This document shows, in pieces, positions 50,151 through 59,300 of a DNA stretch of 64,000 bases. Both the position numbers and the translations under genes were made by a program. How positions within the stretch are numbered: position 1 is the stretch's first letter; each line of letters begins with the position of its first letter. The notes below the pieces were generated by a model. That model did no database searches and was not told the DNA's origin. It worked only from the letters and a program-made list of their open reading frames with translations. This DNA comes from an uncultured bacterium (lineage in GTDB: Bacteria > Verrucomicrobiota > Kiritimatiellia > RFP12 > UBA1067), in NCBI GenBank assembly GCA_902763655.1, contig CACWSW010000002.1, positions 10,519-74,518 on the forward strand. Reading direction: 5' to 3'.

Positions 50151-51883
50151 TTCCTGGCCGCCTTTCCTTTGCGGTCGGCATCCTGCCGGACAATCGTCGG
50201 CGCCGGCGCGAACACGACCTTGATCTTGTATTCCATCAGGCAGCCCTTCAGCTCCTTCCAACCCTCAGGCTTGACCTCGGAGAACAGCGCCTTCGCATTC
50301 TTCAGCGAGTCGACCACGATCACGTCCGCTGTCAGCTTCTGACCGTTGTTGCGCTTCGCCCACTCGCTCTCCGCCTTCGCGACGACGTCCTTCCAGCCCC
50401 TGATCGTGATCTTGGCGCCTTCCTTGGGCTGCGCATCGTCCCTGCCGGAGCCAGACTCACCGGACAGCGGTTCCCACGCCGTGATCCACAGACCGTCGAT
50501 CTGCTTCAGGCTCTCGCGGACGGCCCGCATGCGCAGGATCGTCGCCGAACGCTGCCAGAGGAGCTTCTGGAACTTGTCGCACTCCTCCACTTCAGCGCTT
50601 ACGGCGGCCTGCGCATTCTTGAGCGCCGCCTCCTTCGACTTGAGCTGGCCATTCTTCGCCTGCACGGCCTCGAACTGCGCGCTCGCCACTTCCTTCAGGT
50701 GGTTCTCGGCGTACCATCCGGCACCTAGCGCCGCAAGGAACGCCAGCGCGCCTGCGGCGATGAAAGGTATGCGGCGGATCGTGCGCGCCTGCTCCACGAG
50801 CTCGGGCGGCATCAGGTTGAGCTGAATCGACGCGAGGTCGGTCTCGCGCAACGCGAGGCCCACGGACTCGGCCAGCGTGAAGGCGTCGCTCTCCAGCTCG
50901 TCCGCGTTGACGTGCGGCCCGACGGCCACGCCCGCGAACGGATTGAGGAAGTCGACCGACACCTGCAGCGACTCGGTGAAGAACTCCGCGAGCTGCGGCA
51001 GCCGCACCGTGCCGCCCGTAAGGAACAGGCGGCTGGGCGCGGATCCGCCCTGCTGCGAGCGGTAGAAGTTGATGGAGCGGGAAACCTCTACGTGCAGGCG
51101 CGTGAGCACGTTGCGCACGATCTTCGACACCTGGTCGGTAACCTCGTCCTCGTCTTCCGTGACGCCGCCCATCGACACGTAGCCGCGCTCGATCTTCAGC
51201 TGCTCGGCTTCCTCGAGGGAACACCCGAACGCCTGCGCGATGTCCTTCGTGATCGCGTTCCCCGCCACGGGAATGGACCTGTTGTAGATCTTCTCGTCCT
51301 CGAGGATGATCAGGTTCGTCGTTTTCGCGCCGATGTCCAGCACCACCGTGCAGCCGGGAAGCCTGGGGTTCGAGAAGCGCAGCGCGTTGCACACCGCGAT
51401 CGGCGAGACGTCGACGATGGTCGGCTTCAGCCCAGCGGATTGCGCGGTCTCCGTCACGGCCCGCACGCCTTCCAGCTTGGCCGCGACGATCAGCGCCGCC
51501 TTGTCCCCTTCCGGCGTCGTGCCCAGGAACTGGCAGTCGCTCACGATCTCGTCGATCGGGAACGGCACGTTCTGCTCGATCTCGTAGCCGACCAGCTGGT
51601 CAAGCTTAGCCGCATCGCCAACAGCCGGGAACTTCGCGAATCTCGGGAAGACCGTCTGTCCGCTCAGGGACAGCACCAGAGGTCCGGGCTTGATGCCCTT
51701 GGAACGCAGTATCTCGTGCAGGACGGGCGGCAGGGCCGCCGACAGGGCTGCAGGATCGTTGACGTCGATCCCCGAAAGGTCACCATTGCCGTACGCCGTG
51801 AGCGTGAGCTTTCGCTTCCCGCTCAGGGAGTACTCGGCAAGCGTGGCTTTCGACGCGCCGATGTTAAGGGTTAGGAATCGCAT
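50147..51883 (-). CDS. pilM: PilM-PilN fusion (actin-like ATPase fold plus TM/coiled-coil; Amuc_1101-like)
   Basis: LNIGASKATLAEY, DEIVSDCQFLG, VVLDIGAKTTNLIILE, VAGNAITKDIAQ and LFLTGGTVRLPQL form the PilM core. Then LNLMPPELVEQARTIRRIPFIAAGALAFLAALGAGWY, a PilN-type anchor. Confidence 0.85.
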   Translation of the reverse strand: MRFLTLNIGASKATLAEYSLSGKRKLTLTAYGNGDLSGIDVNDPAALSAALPPVLHEILRSKGIKPGPLVLSLSGQTVFPRFAKFPAVGDAAKLDQLVGYEIEQNVPFPIDEIVSDCQFLGTTPEGDKAALIVAAKLEGVRAVTETAQSAGLKPTIVDVSPIAVCNALRFSNPRLPGCTVVLDIGAKTTNLIILEDEKIYNRSIPVAGNAITKDIAQAFGCSLEEAEQLKIERGYVSMGGVTEDEDEVTDQVSKIVRNVLTRLHVEVSRSINFYRSQQGGSAPSRLFLTGGTVRLPQLAEFFTESLQVSVDFLNPFAGVAVGPHVNADELESDAFTLAESVGLALRETDLASIQLNLMPPELVEQARTIRRIPFIAAGALAFLAALGAGWYAENHLKEVASAQFEAVQAKNGQLKSKEAALKNAQAAVSAEVEECDKFQKLLWQRSATILRMRAVRESLKQIDGLWITAWEPLSGESGSGRDDAQPKEGAKITIRGWKDVVAKAESEWAKRNNGQKLTADVIVVDSLKNAKALFSEVKPEGWKELKGCLMEYKIKVVFAPAPTIVRQDADRKGKAARK

Positions 51884-51885
51884 TG

Positions 51886-51996
51886 GATTGAAGATTGAGG
51901 ATTGAGGATTGAAGATTCAGGATTGAGGATTGAGGATTGAAGATTCAGGATTGAGGATTGGGAAAAATCTTCAATCTGAAATCTTCAATCTAAAAT
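51886..51996. repeat. Intergenic inverted repeat of GATTGAGG/GATTGAAG units
   Basis: The (GATTGAAGATTGAGGATTGAGGATTGAAGATTCAG)x2-like array faces ATCTTCAATCTGAAATCTTCAATCTAAAATC. Related units recur at 56251-56302. Confidence 0.85.
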
Positions 51997-52740
51997 CTAC
52001 TGGATTGTCTCGTAGTCTGCGTTGTTGACGAGATAGAAAGGAGACTTGGAGCGGTCGACGAGCCCCTGGCGGATCTCGATCATCGCCTCGCCGCTCTTGT
52101 CCTTGGCGTTGATGATCGAATCGTTGTTCCACCACTCCATCTTCTCCTTCGACTCCTCGTTGAACTGGCCGGCCTGCACGTACGAGAACCCGTTAACGAC
52201 CGTCGCGCCGTCAAGCAGCTTGCCTTCTGACGTCACGAGCTCGCAGGAAATCACCACCGGTTCGCCGTAGCGCTCGATGAAGGAAGGAGGCAGACAGACG
52301 CACGAACGGTGATCGCCCTCAGGGATGTTCACGTAGCGAGAGACGAGCGTGTAGTAGACATATGGCGGCAGACGGGCAGCCGTCTTCGAGCGGTCAACCT
52401 GCTTGGCCTTCTTCGTGTCGCAGAGGACGAACCAGTTGACCGTGAGGTCCTCAGTCCACTTCTGCGCGGTGCGGTACGTCATCTCGTACACGCCCCACTG
52501 GCGGCGGCTCTTCGTGATAGGCTGGCTGCCGCCCTGCGCCTGAAGACCGGGCGCCACCAGCAGCGACTGCGGCCCGATGTTCGGCATCTGGCTGATCTTG
52601 ACCTTCGCGTCCATCTTCTCCTGGGCGGCCTCACGAGCCGTCTTGCCGCTCCCACTCCGAGAGGAGGAACGGCGCTGGGCCGAAACGGACAACGCGCACG
52701 CGAGCGCGAGGGAACAACAGAGCAACGTTTTGATCTTCAT
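51997..52740 (-). CDS. Secreted protein of unknown function, first gene of the pilus-like cluster (Amuc_1102-like position)
   Basis: The real start is ATG 52740, with a GGAGAA RBS. Signal peptide MKIKTLLCCSLALACALSVSA. No motif I recognise. Confidence 0.55.
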   Translation of the reverse strand: MKIKTLLCCSLALACALSVSAQRRSSSRSGSGKTAREAAQEKMDAKVKISQMPNIGPQSLLVAPGLQAQGGSQPITKSRRQWGVYEMTYRTAQKWTEDLTVNWFVLCDTKKAKQVDRSKTAARLPPYVYYTLVSRYVNIPEGDHRSCVCLPPSFIERYGEPVVISCELVTSEGKLLDGATVVNGFSYVQAGQFNEESKEKMEWWNNDSIINAKDKSGEAMIEIRQGLVDRSKSPFYLVNNADYETIQ

Positions 52741-52771
52741 GACTATTCTCCTTGTTTGCGACATGATTGTA

Positions 52772-53767
52772 TCATAAAACCTTGAGCTTGGGCAAATCCT
52801 GAATGTCGACGAGCCCGACGACCCTTCCGGCATCGTCGCACACGGGCAGATCGTCCACGCGCTTCCTCTCGAAGATGCGCAGGAGGTCCACGGCGTAGGC
52901 CGTGTCGCGCACGAACAGGGGACGGCGCGTCATGTGCGCGGAGACGGGGTGGCCGAGGAGGGCCGACGCGGCCGACGGAGCGGCCGCAGCAAAACCGCGG
53001 CGGAAATCGCCGTCCGTGAAGATGCCGGCGAGCGTGCCGTCGGCGTTCGCCACCACGGCGGAACCGCCCTGCGCCTTCGTCATCGCGAGAAGCGTGTCGA
53101 GCACCGTCGTCTCCGGCGGCACGCACGCGAAGCGATCGCCCGTGCGCATCACGTCGGAGACCCGCATCACGAGCGCGCGGCCGATCGCGCCCGCCGGATG
53201 GTTGAGCGCGTAGCTTTCCTTGTCGAACTGCCTCGCGTCGATCATCACCATCGCGAGCGCGTCGCCCATCGCCATCGTCGCCGTCGTGGAATTGGTTGGC
53301 GCCATGCCGAACGGACACGCCTCGGGTCCGCACGGGATCTCAAGCACGATGTCCGCCAAGCCAGCAAGCGTGGAATCGGTACGCCCGGTGAGCGCAACCA
53401 CCTTCAGCCCATGGCGGCGGATAGCGGGGATGAGGCGGATCACCTCCTCGGACTCGCCGCTGAACGAGAGCGCGAGCAGGACGTCCTTCGGACCGGTCAT
53501 CCCCAGATCGCCATGCATCGCCTGCACTGGGTTGAGGACGATCGAACAAGTGCCGGTGGAGGCGAGGATCGCGCTGATCTTCTCCGCCACGTGCAGGTTC
53601 TTGCCTACGCCGGTGACCACCACCTTCCCGCCAGCATCCATGCAGCCCTGCATCAGCGCGATCGTGCGCGTGAAGGATTCGCCTAGCGAATCGCGCGTGC
53701 GCCGCAGGCCTTCGATCTCGATGTCGAAGACCTCACGCGCGCGGGCAATCTGCTGGACGGATGTCAT
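52772..53767 (-). CDS. kdsD: KpsF/GutQ/KdsD family arabinose-5-phosphate isomerase (SIS + 2 CBS)
   Basis: SIS domain: GKVVVTGVGKNLHVAEKISAILASTG, ALSFSGESEE. CBS pair in the C-terminal third. Confidence 0.85.
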   Translation of the reverse strand: MTSVQQIARAREVFDIEIEGLRRTRDSLGESFTRTIALMQGCMDAGGKVVVTGVGKNLHVAEKISAILASTGTCSIVLNPVQAMHGDLGMTGPKDVLLALSFSGESEEVIRLIPAIRRHGLKVVALTGRTDSTLAGLADIVLEIPCGPEACPFGMAPTNSTTATMAMGDALAMVMIDARQFDKESYALNHPAGAIGRALVMRVSDVMRTGDRFACVPPETTVLDTLLAMTKAQGGSAVVANADGTLAGIFTDGDFRRGFAAAAPSAASALLGHPVSAHMTRRPLFVRDTAYAVDLLRIFERKRVDDLPVCDDAGRVVGLVDIQDLPKLKVL

Positions 53768-54810
53768 TACTTGGCCTGTGACTGCAAAAGGGTCACGCAG
53801 ATGGTGCCAACGATGTCCTCGGCGGAGCAGCCGCGCGAAAGGTCGTTCATCGCCTTCGCTAGCCCCTGGAGGTTCGGACCGATCGCCACGGCGCCGCCAA
53901 GACGCTGCGCAATCTTGTAGCCGATGTTGCCTGCCTGAAGATCGGGGAAGATAAACACGTTCGCGTTCCCCTGGATCGCGCCGCTCGGGTTCTTGAGCTG
54001 GCCGACCGCCGGAGCAATCGCCGCGTCGAACTGCAGCTCGCCGTCCATCGCGATGCCCTTCTCGGCAAACGCGGGCTTGGCCAGTTCCACCGCCTTCTGC
54101 ACCTTCTCGACAAGCTCGCCTGCGGCGGAACCCTTCGTGGAGAAGCTGAGAAACGCCACGCGAGGCTCGTTGCCCGTGAGGTCGCGGTAGGTCTGCGCCG
54201 TCGAGAGGCCGATGTCCACGAGCTGCTCGGCCGTGGGGTTAGGAATTACGGCGCAGTCGCCGAACGCGAGCACGCTGTCGCCGGACGGAGTCGGCTCGCG
54301 AAGGTCCATGATGAAGCAGCTGGAAGCAGTCTTCACGCCCTTCTGCGTGCCGAGCGTGTGGAACGCAGCGCGAAGCATGTCGCCGGTGGAGGCGATGGAG
54401 CCGGCGACGAGTCCGTTCACCATCCCCAGGCGCACCATCATGCCGCCGAAGTAGATGCGCTTCGTGCGCATCGTCTTCACGGCGGCGGCGAGGTCGATGA
54501 TCTTCTGCTTCTCCGGCGGCTTGCGCGACTCCTTCGCGTTCCACGCCTCGAGATATGCCGCGGCAAGCTCGTCGCCCAGCGGGTCAGCCGTGTAGTCGAT
54601 CACCTTGATGCCGCGCTCCGCGAGCGAAAGGCCCGCCTTGGCTTCTGCTGCGGCGATCTCTTCCGGCGTACCCAGCACGGTGGGCGTGCAGATCTTGCGA
54701 TCCACGCACGCGCAGGCCGCGGTGATCACGCGGGCATCCATGCCCTCGGGCAGAACGACCGTGCCATTCAGCTGCGAGGCCCTTTCAATGATCTTTTCAA
54801 TTGCTTTCAT
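53767..54810 (-). CDS. pta: Phosphate acetyltransferase (short form)
   Basis: VVLPEGMDARVITAA, the GDCAVIPNP region, and GPNLQGLAKAMNDLSRGCSAEDIV (Pta C-terminal signature). TAATG overlap with the kdsD start. Confidence 0.9.
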   Translation of the reverse strand: MKAIEKIIERASQLNGTVVLPEGMDARVITAACACVDRKICTPTVLGTPEEIAAAEAKAGLSLAERGIKVIDYTADPLGDELAAAYLEAWNAKESRKPPEKQKIIDLAAAVKTMRTKRIYFGGMMVRLGMVNGLVAGSIASTGDMLRAAFHTLGTQKGVKTASSCFIMDLREPTPSGDSVLAFGDCAVIPNPTAEQLVDIGLSTAQTYRDLTGNEPRVAFLSFSTKGSAAGELVEKVQKAVELAKPAFAEKGIAMDGELQFDAAIAPAVGQLKNPSGAIQGNANVFIFPDLQAGNIGYKIAQRLGGAVAIGPNLQGLAKAMNDLSRGCSAEDIVGTICVTLLQSQAK

Positions 54811-55050
54811 TGGACAATTCCTTGTGCTTCAAATGGACTGGTTAAGAAGTTGAAAAGCTGGACGGGGAGGAATTTAAGGTCTTTAGCGTCGTTAAGGTCC
54901 TTAGGGTCGTTAAGGTCGTCGTAATCATTAAGGTCGTTGTAAGCGGTAAGGTCGTTGTAAACGTTAAGCTCATGCACGAAGACTCATCGACTTTTCAACC
55001 TTTCAACTTTTTAACCATTTAACCTTTTAACCCTTTAACCTTTCGACCCG
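54811..55050. repeat. Composite repeat region (TTAAGGTCGT-unit array and TTAACC(T/A)TT-unit array) spanning the pta-ackA spacer and the last codons of ackA
   Basis: AAGGTCTTTAGCGTCGTTAAGGTCCTTAGGGTCGTTAAGGTCGTCGTAATCATTAAGGTCGTTGTAAGCGGTAAGGTCGTTGTAAACGTTAAG, then CTTTTCAACCTTTCAACTTTTTAACCATTTAACCTTTTAACCCTTTAACCTTTCGACC. GTTAAGAAGTTGAAAAG at 54841-54857 is roughly complementary to 54995-55018. Confidence 0.8.
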
Positions 55051-56248
55051 CCAGGGTCGAGACCGTTTCCCGGGCTATCATCAGCTCCTCGTTGGTGGGG
55101 ATCACGATCACCGGAATCTTCGAGTCCTTGGTGGAGATGAGGCCGCTCTTGCCGCCGCGGATCGCCTTGTTGGCCTTCTTGTCGAGCTTCACGCCGAGCG
55201 CGCCGAGGCGCTTGACGATCTGCTCGCGCAGCTCGGCGGCGTTCTCGCCGATGCCGCCGGCCATGACGATCGCGTCCGCGCCGCCGACGAGCGTATTGTA
55301 GCCGCCGATGTAGAGCGCCGCCCTGTGTCCGAACGCCTCAAGCGCCTCGATCGCGTCGAGGTCGCCCGCTTCCGCCTTCGCCACCACGTCGCGGGTGTCG
55401 CCGCCGAACGCGCCGGTGAGGCCCTGGAACCCACTCTCCTTGTTGAGGAGCTTGTCCATCTGCTCGAGCGTGTAGCCGTTCTTTCCGAGGAAGAAGAGGA
55501 CCGCAGGGTCGATCGTGCCGGAGCGCGTGCCCATGATGAGGCCGTCCAGCGGTGTGAAGCCCATCGTCGTGTCCATGCACTGGCCGTTCTTGACCGCGGC
55601 GAGCGACGAGCCGTTGCCGAGGTGGCACGTCACGAGGTTCACCCTCTTGAGCGGCTTCTTGAGCCACGCGGCGGCGGCCTGCGTGATGAACTTGTGCGAG
55701 GTGCCGTGGAACCCGTACTTGCGGATGCCGTACTTGCGCGCAAGCTTGCGCGGGATCGCGTAGGTGTAGGCGCAGCCGGGCATCGTCTGGTGGAAGGCCG
55801 TGTCGAACACCGCCACGTTGGGCACGCCAGGGCACGCCTTCTCGCAGGCCATGATGCCGTCGAGGTTCGGCGGGTTGTGCAAGGGCGCGAGCGGCGAGCA
55901 CTTGGCGATGGCCTTCTTGGTGGCGGCGGTGATCTTCACCGGCGCCGCGAAGAGCGAGGCTCCATGCACCACGCGGTGGCCGATGGCGTCCACTTCCTTG
56001 AGGGACTTGACGACGCCGATAGCGGCGTCGCACAAGACCTCCATGACGGCCTTGATCGCGGCCACATGGTTGGCGATCGGCATTTCCTTCACGATCTTCT
56101 CGGCGCCCGCCTTGGAGTACACGAGGCGAGAGCCCGCGATGCCGATGCGCTCAACAAGACCCTTGCAGAGCATCTTCTCGCCCTGCATGTCGAACAGCAT
56201 GTACTTGAGCGACGACGAACCGGCGTTTACTACTAGGACTTTCTTCAT
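55019..56248 (-). CDS. ackA: Acetate kinase
   Basis: The real start is ATG 56248 (MKKVLVVNAGSSSLKY). Motifs: GHRVVHG, VFDTAFHQTMP, YGFHGTSH, CHLGNGSS, GGIGEN, IPTNEELMIA. Confidence 0.95.
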   Translation of the reverse strand: MKKVLVVNAGSSSLKYMLFDMQGEKMLCKGLVERIGIAGSRLVYSKAGAEKIVKEMPIANHVAAIKAVMEVLCDAAIGVVKSLKEVDAIGHRVVHGASLFAAPVKITAATKKAIAKCSPLAPLHNPPNLDGIMACEKACPGVPNVAVFDTAFHQTMPGCAYTYAIPRKLARKYGIRKYGFHGTSHKFITQAAAAWLKKPLKRVNLVTCHLGNGSSLAAVKNGQCMDTTMGFTPLDGLIMGTRSGTIDPAVLFFLGKNGYTLEQMDKLLNKESGFQGLTGAFGGDTRDVVAKAEAGDLDAIEALEAFGHRAALYIGGYNTLVGGADAIVMAGGIGENAAELREQIVKRLGALGVKLDKKANKAIRGGKSGLISTKDSKIPVIVIPTNEELMIARETVSTLAGRKVKGLKG

Positions 56249-56250
56249 TG

Positions 56251-56302
56251 CAGATTGTAGATTGAGGATTGATGATTGGGGAATGGGGAACGGGGATTGA
56301 CT
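56251..56302. repeat. GATTG(A/T)-unit array upstream of ackA
   Basis: GCAGATTGTAGATTGAGGATTGATGATTGGGGAATGGGGAACGGGGATTGAC. Same unit family as 51886-51996. Confidence 0.75.
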
Positions 56303-56371
56303 AGGGGGATGTTGGTCGCCGAATGCCGAATGTCGAAAGAAGCAATCGACATCCGGCAACTTCCATCCACC

Positions 56372-59300
56372 CTATTGCTCGAGCTTCACCTTGAAGAAGG
56401 CGGAGTTGCCCAGGCCGGCCGTGTCGATTGCGTCGCGGAGCTCATCGGCGGACACGATCTCCTTCGTCTCCACGTTGGCGCGGATCGTGATGGTCTTGAC
56501 CTCTGTCTCCTTCGCGTTGGCGAAGTCGGGCGAATCGGACGCCACAAGGACGACCCTCACATTCGCGGAATCCGTCGTCATGAAGACCGACAGGTCGCCA
56601 GCGTCAGACGGCTGCACGTCGGAGGTGATGGACAGCGCGAGTCCGTCGGCCAGCGAGAAGGAGTCGATCCTCACGGCCACGCTCTCCGCGCCCGCCGGAC
56701 TGTCGGTCAGGAGGTCGATCGCCGCAGCCATCGCCGCCGGATCGGATCCGGAGATGATGGAGTTCATCAGCGTGATTGGCGCATAGGTCTGACCGGAAGA
56801 AGAGGCGTTCAGCATCGTGTACGACTTGACGGTCGTCGCCAGGTTCGTGTTGACCTTCGTGAAGAACGTCGCTCCGGTCGGCGTCGTACGCTTGGTGAGA
56901 GACTTCTCCGTATTGTACTCGTAGATGTCCGGCAGATGATCGGCATCCGAATCCATGTCCTCGATGTAGATCTCCGCGACAGGAGGCTCCTCGCCAACTG
57001 CAACCTTGTAGGGACGAGGCGAGTACGGGAACGCCGTAGCGGCGACGTTGGCCGCAAGGCCACGCGACACGGAGGCTGCCACCGCATCCACGGCACCGAC
57101 GTAGTTGCCGTACCCCCACGACTCCCACTGTGACCATTTCGCATCCCCGACCGTGTCGATGAACGCGCGGACGTAGTACGTGCCAGGCTTGACGCCCAGA
57201 ATGACAGCGTTGACGTCGATTTCGCCTTCGGACGACAGCTGCGAGAGGTCCGTGACCATCGCTTCGCCTGCGGGCATTCCCGTGAAGTCGGGCGAAGTGA
57301 ACGCCTGGACGCGGATAAGGTCGTTGCTCCTGCCGGTCGCAACCGTACCCGGCCCGAAGTAGCGCACCTTGGCCCTGATCATGCCGTAGTCGCTGATCTT
57401 CCCGAGCTGTCCAGATGCCTCCAGGCGGAACTCCTGACGCGTTTCCGCTCCCGGAGTCGAGAACTTCGCGTCCTGCATCGAGACGGACCACCAGTAGTTG
57501 TTCGTTGTCGCGAACACCTTCCCTTGTGGCGTCATCATGTCGGGATAGATCGGCGCAGTCCACGCGTATTCGTAGTTGCCATCGCTGTTGATGGTCCGCG
57601 GCGGCGCAGGCAAAGCCCCGGAATCGTACACCAGGTTTGCCGCGCCAGTGGCAGTGGCCGAGTTCCAGACGCGAAGGCGGAACGCGGGATATGCCTTGCC
57701 GATGGAATTGTCGTGCGTCCACCTGAACGTGGGCTGCGAGTAGATCGCCCCCTGCGGCGAGACGGGAATGGCGCTTGACAACGCACCCTCGTACTGGTTG
57801 ACAAACGCAACGGACAAGTTGTTGTTCGTGTTGTAGGACAGGATCTCGCCATCGCCCAGCACTACGCGGAATGTCATGCTCGTCACGCTCGCCGTAGCCA
57901 GGCCAAGACGTGTCCCCTGCGCCGCGAAGTCTCCCCAACCGAGGTCGTACTTGCCATCGGCAAGAAGGTCCCCTTCGGTCAAGATGCCGTTCTCGGCCAG
58001 ATTGATCCGCTTGTCAAAGAACACGCCATTCGGATAGACCTTTCCGGACGACGGATTCGCCTGATAGTATTCCCGGCCGTTGATGGCCTGGACGGCGACA
58101 CGTACGCGGACAGAGTTATATGTCTGCGCCGGCATGTTCGTACCTTCAGGAACCATCACGTTCGGCGCCATGCCGTTGCCAAGGATGCCGCGATCGGTAA
58201 AGAGGGTGACCGCTTCAAAGCCAGACGCTGCAACCGCATCGTGGAGGTTTATGCGCATCATCGAGGGAGAAGTGTCCGTCATCTCGATGGCAACGGAATT
58301 CCCCGACCAGCCGACATCCACGCCGGACACCGCACCATAAGGCTCGCCGGGCGTCCAGAGGCCATCCCCGTTCTTGTCGGCAAACACCTCGAACATGGTC
58401 TTGCCCTCGCGCAGACGCCCCGACACGTTCGGCATCGCAAGGCAGGTATTCCATTCGCGACCATTCCCGGACGCGACGATTCCGGACCAACGGACTCTCA
58501 CAAAGGACTTGGCCATGTTGAGGCGCACCCAATCGTTCGACACAGGAGGCTCGCTGTACTTATAGACATTTTCCGTGTTGTCGAAATAGAGGTAGTCCTG
58601 CAATTTCGACAAGTCCAACGTCATTTCGCCGGTCTCATACGTCACAGAGCCGACATCGCCACCCCAAGATCCACGGCGCAAGGGCGCAGTATCGATCGTT
58701 CCTTCACCTAGGAACTCAATTACGCCCAGCTGCCACGTCGTGGACGATGGATGCAGCCAAACGCCACCGCCACCTGCTTCATGCTTGAACTCATTCGGGT
58801 CTCGGAACTCGACATTTATGGATCCGGGAACCACGGAGCCCGGCCCCAAGTTGAAGGTCATGATATCGCCGGTGTTCGCGCCCAGATTCATGCTGTACGA
58901 CTGCGGAGCAGACATGGACACGCTCCAGACCGCATCTGGGGCGGACTGCTGAGCAAAGCGTTCGGGATAGGCCGCGATCAGCAACGGCGCAGAAAGCTGT
59001 TCATTGCCGCGGCCAGAGTAGAACACCCTGAGGCGAATCGTCGGCGTCGGACTTTCCGGCAACGTCTCGCCATCCAACAGCATGGAGAACTGCTTCGTGG
59101 GATCCGTGCCGGAACGCACCTCGGAGTAGTTGCTCCAGCCGTCCTTGTCCGGGTCGGCCCAGGCGTCGAACTTGAAGCGGGAGACCTGGTCGGGATCGAA
59201 CAAGTCTTCCCACGAGTCCTCGATGAAGTCGTGGTCGGCGAACATGTCGCCGAGGTAGGTTTTACCGACCTTCAAGAAGTAGTCTGGCACCTTCTGGCCG

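Noticed and set aside
56322-56358. Hairpin TGCCGAATGTCGA-N9-TCGACATCCGGCA as the intrinsic terminator of the giant gene.
   Set aside because: It has a 12/13 stem but no following U-tract on the minus strand, so I left it unannotated.
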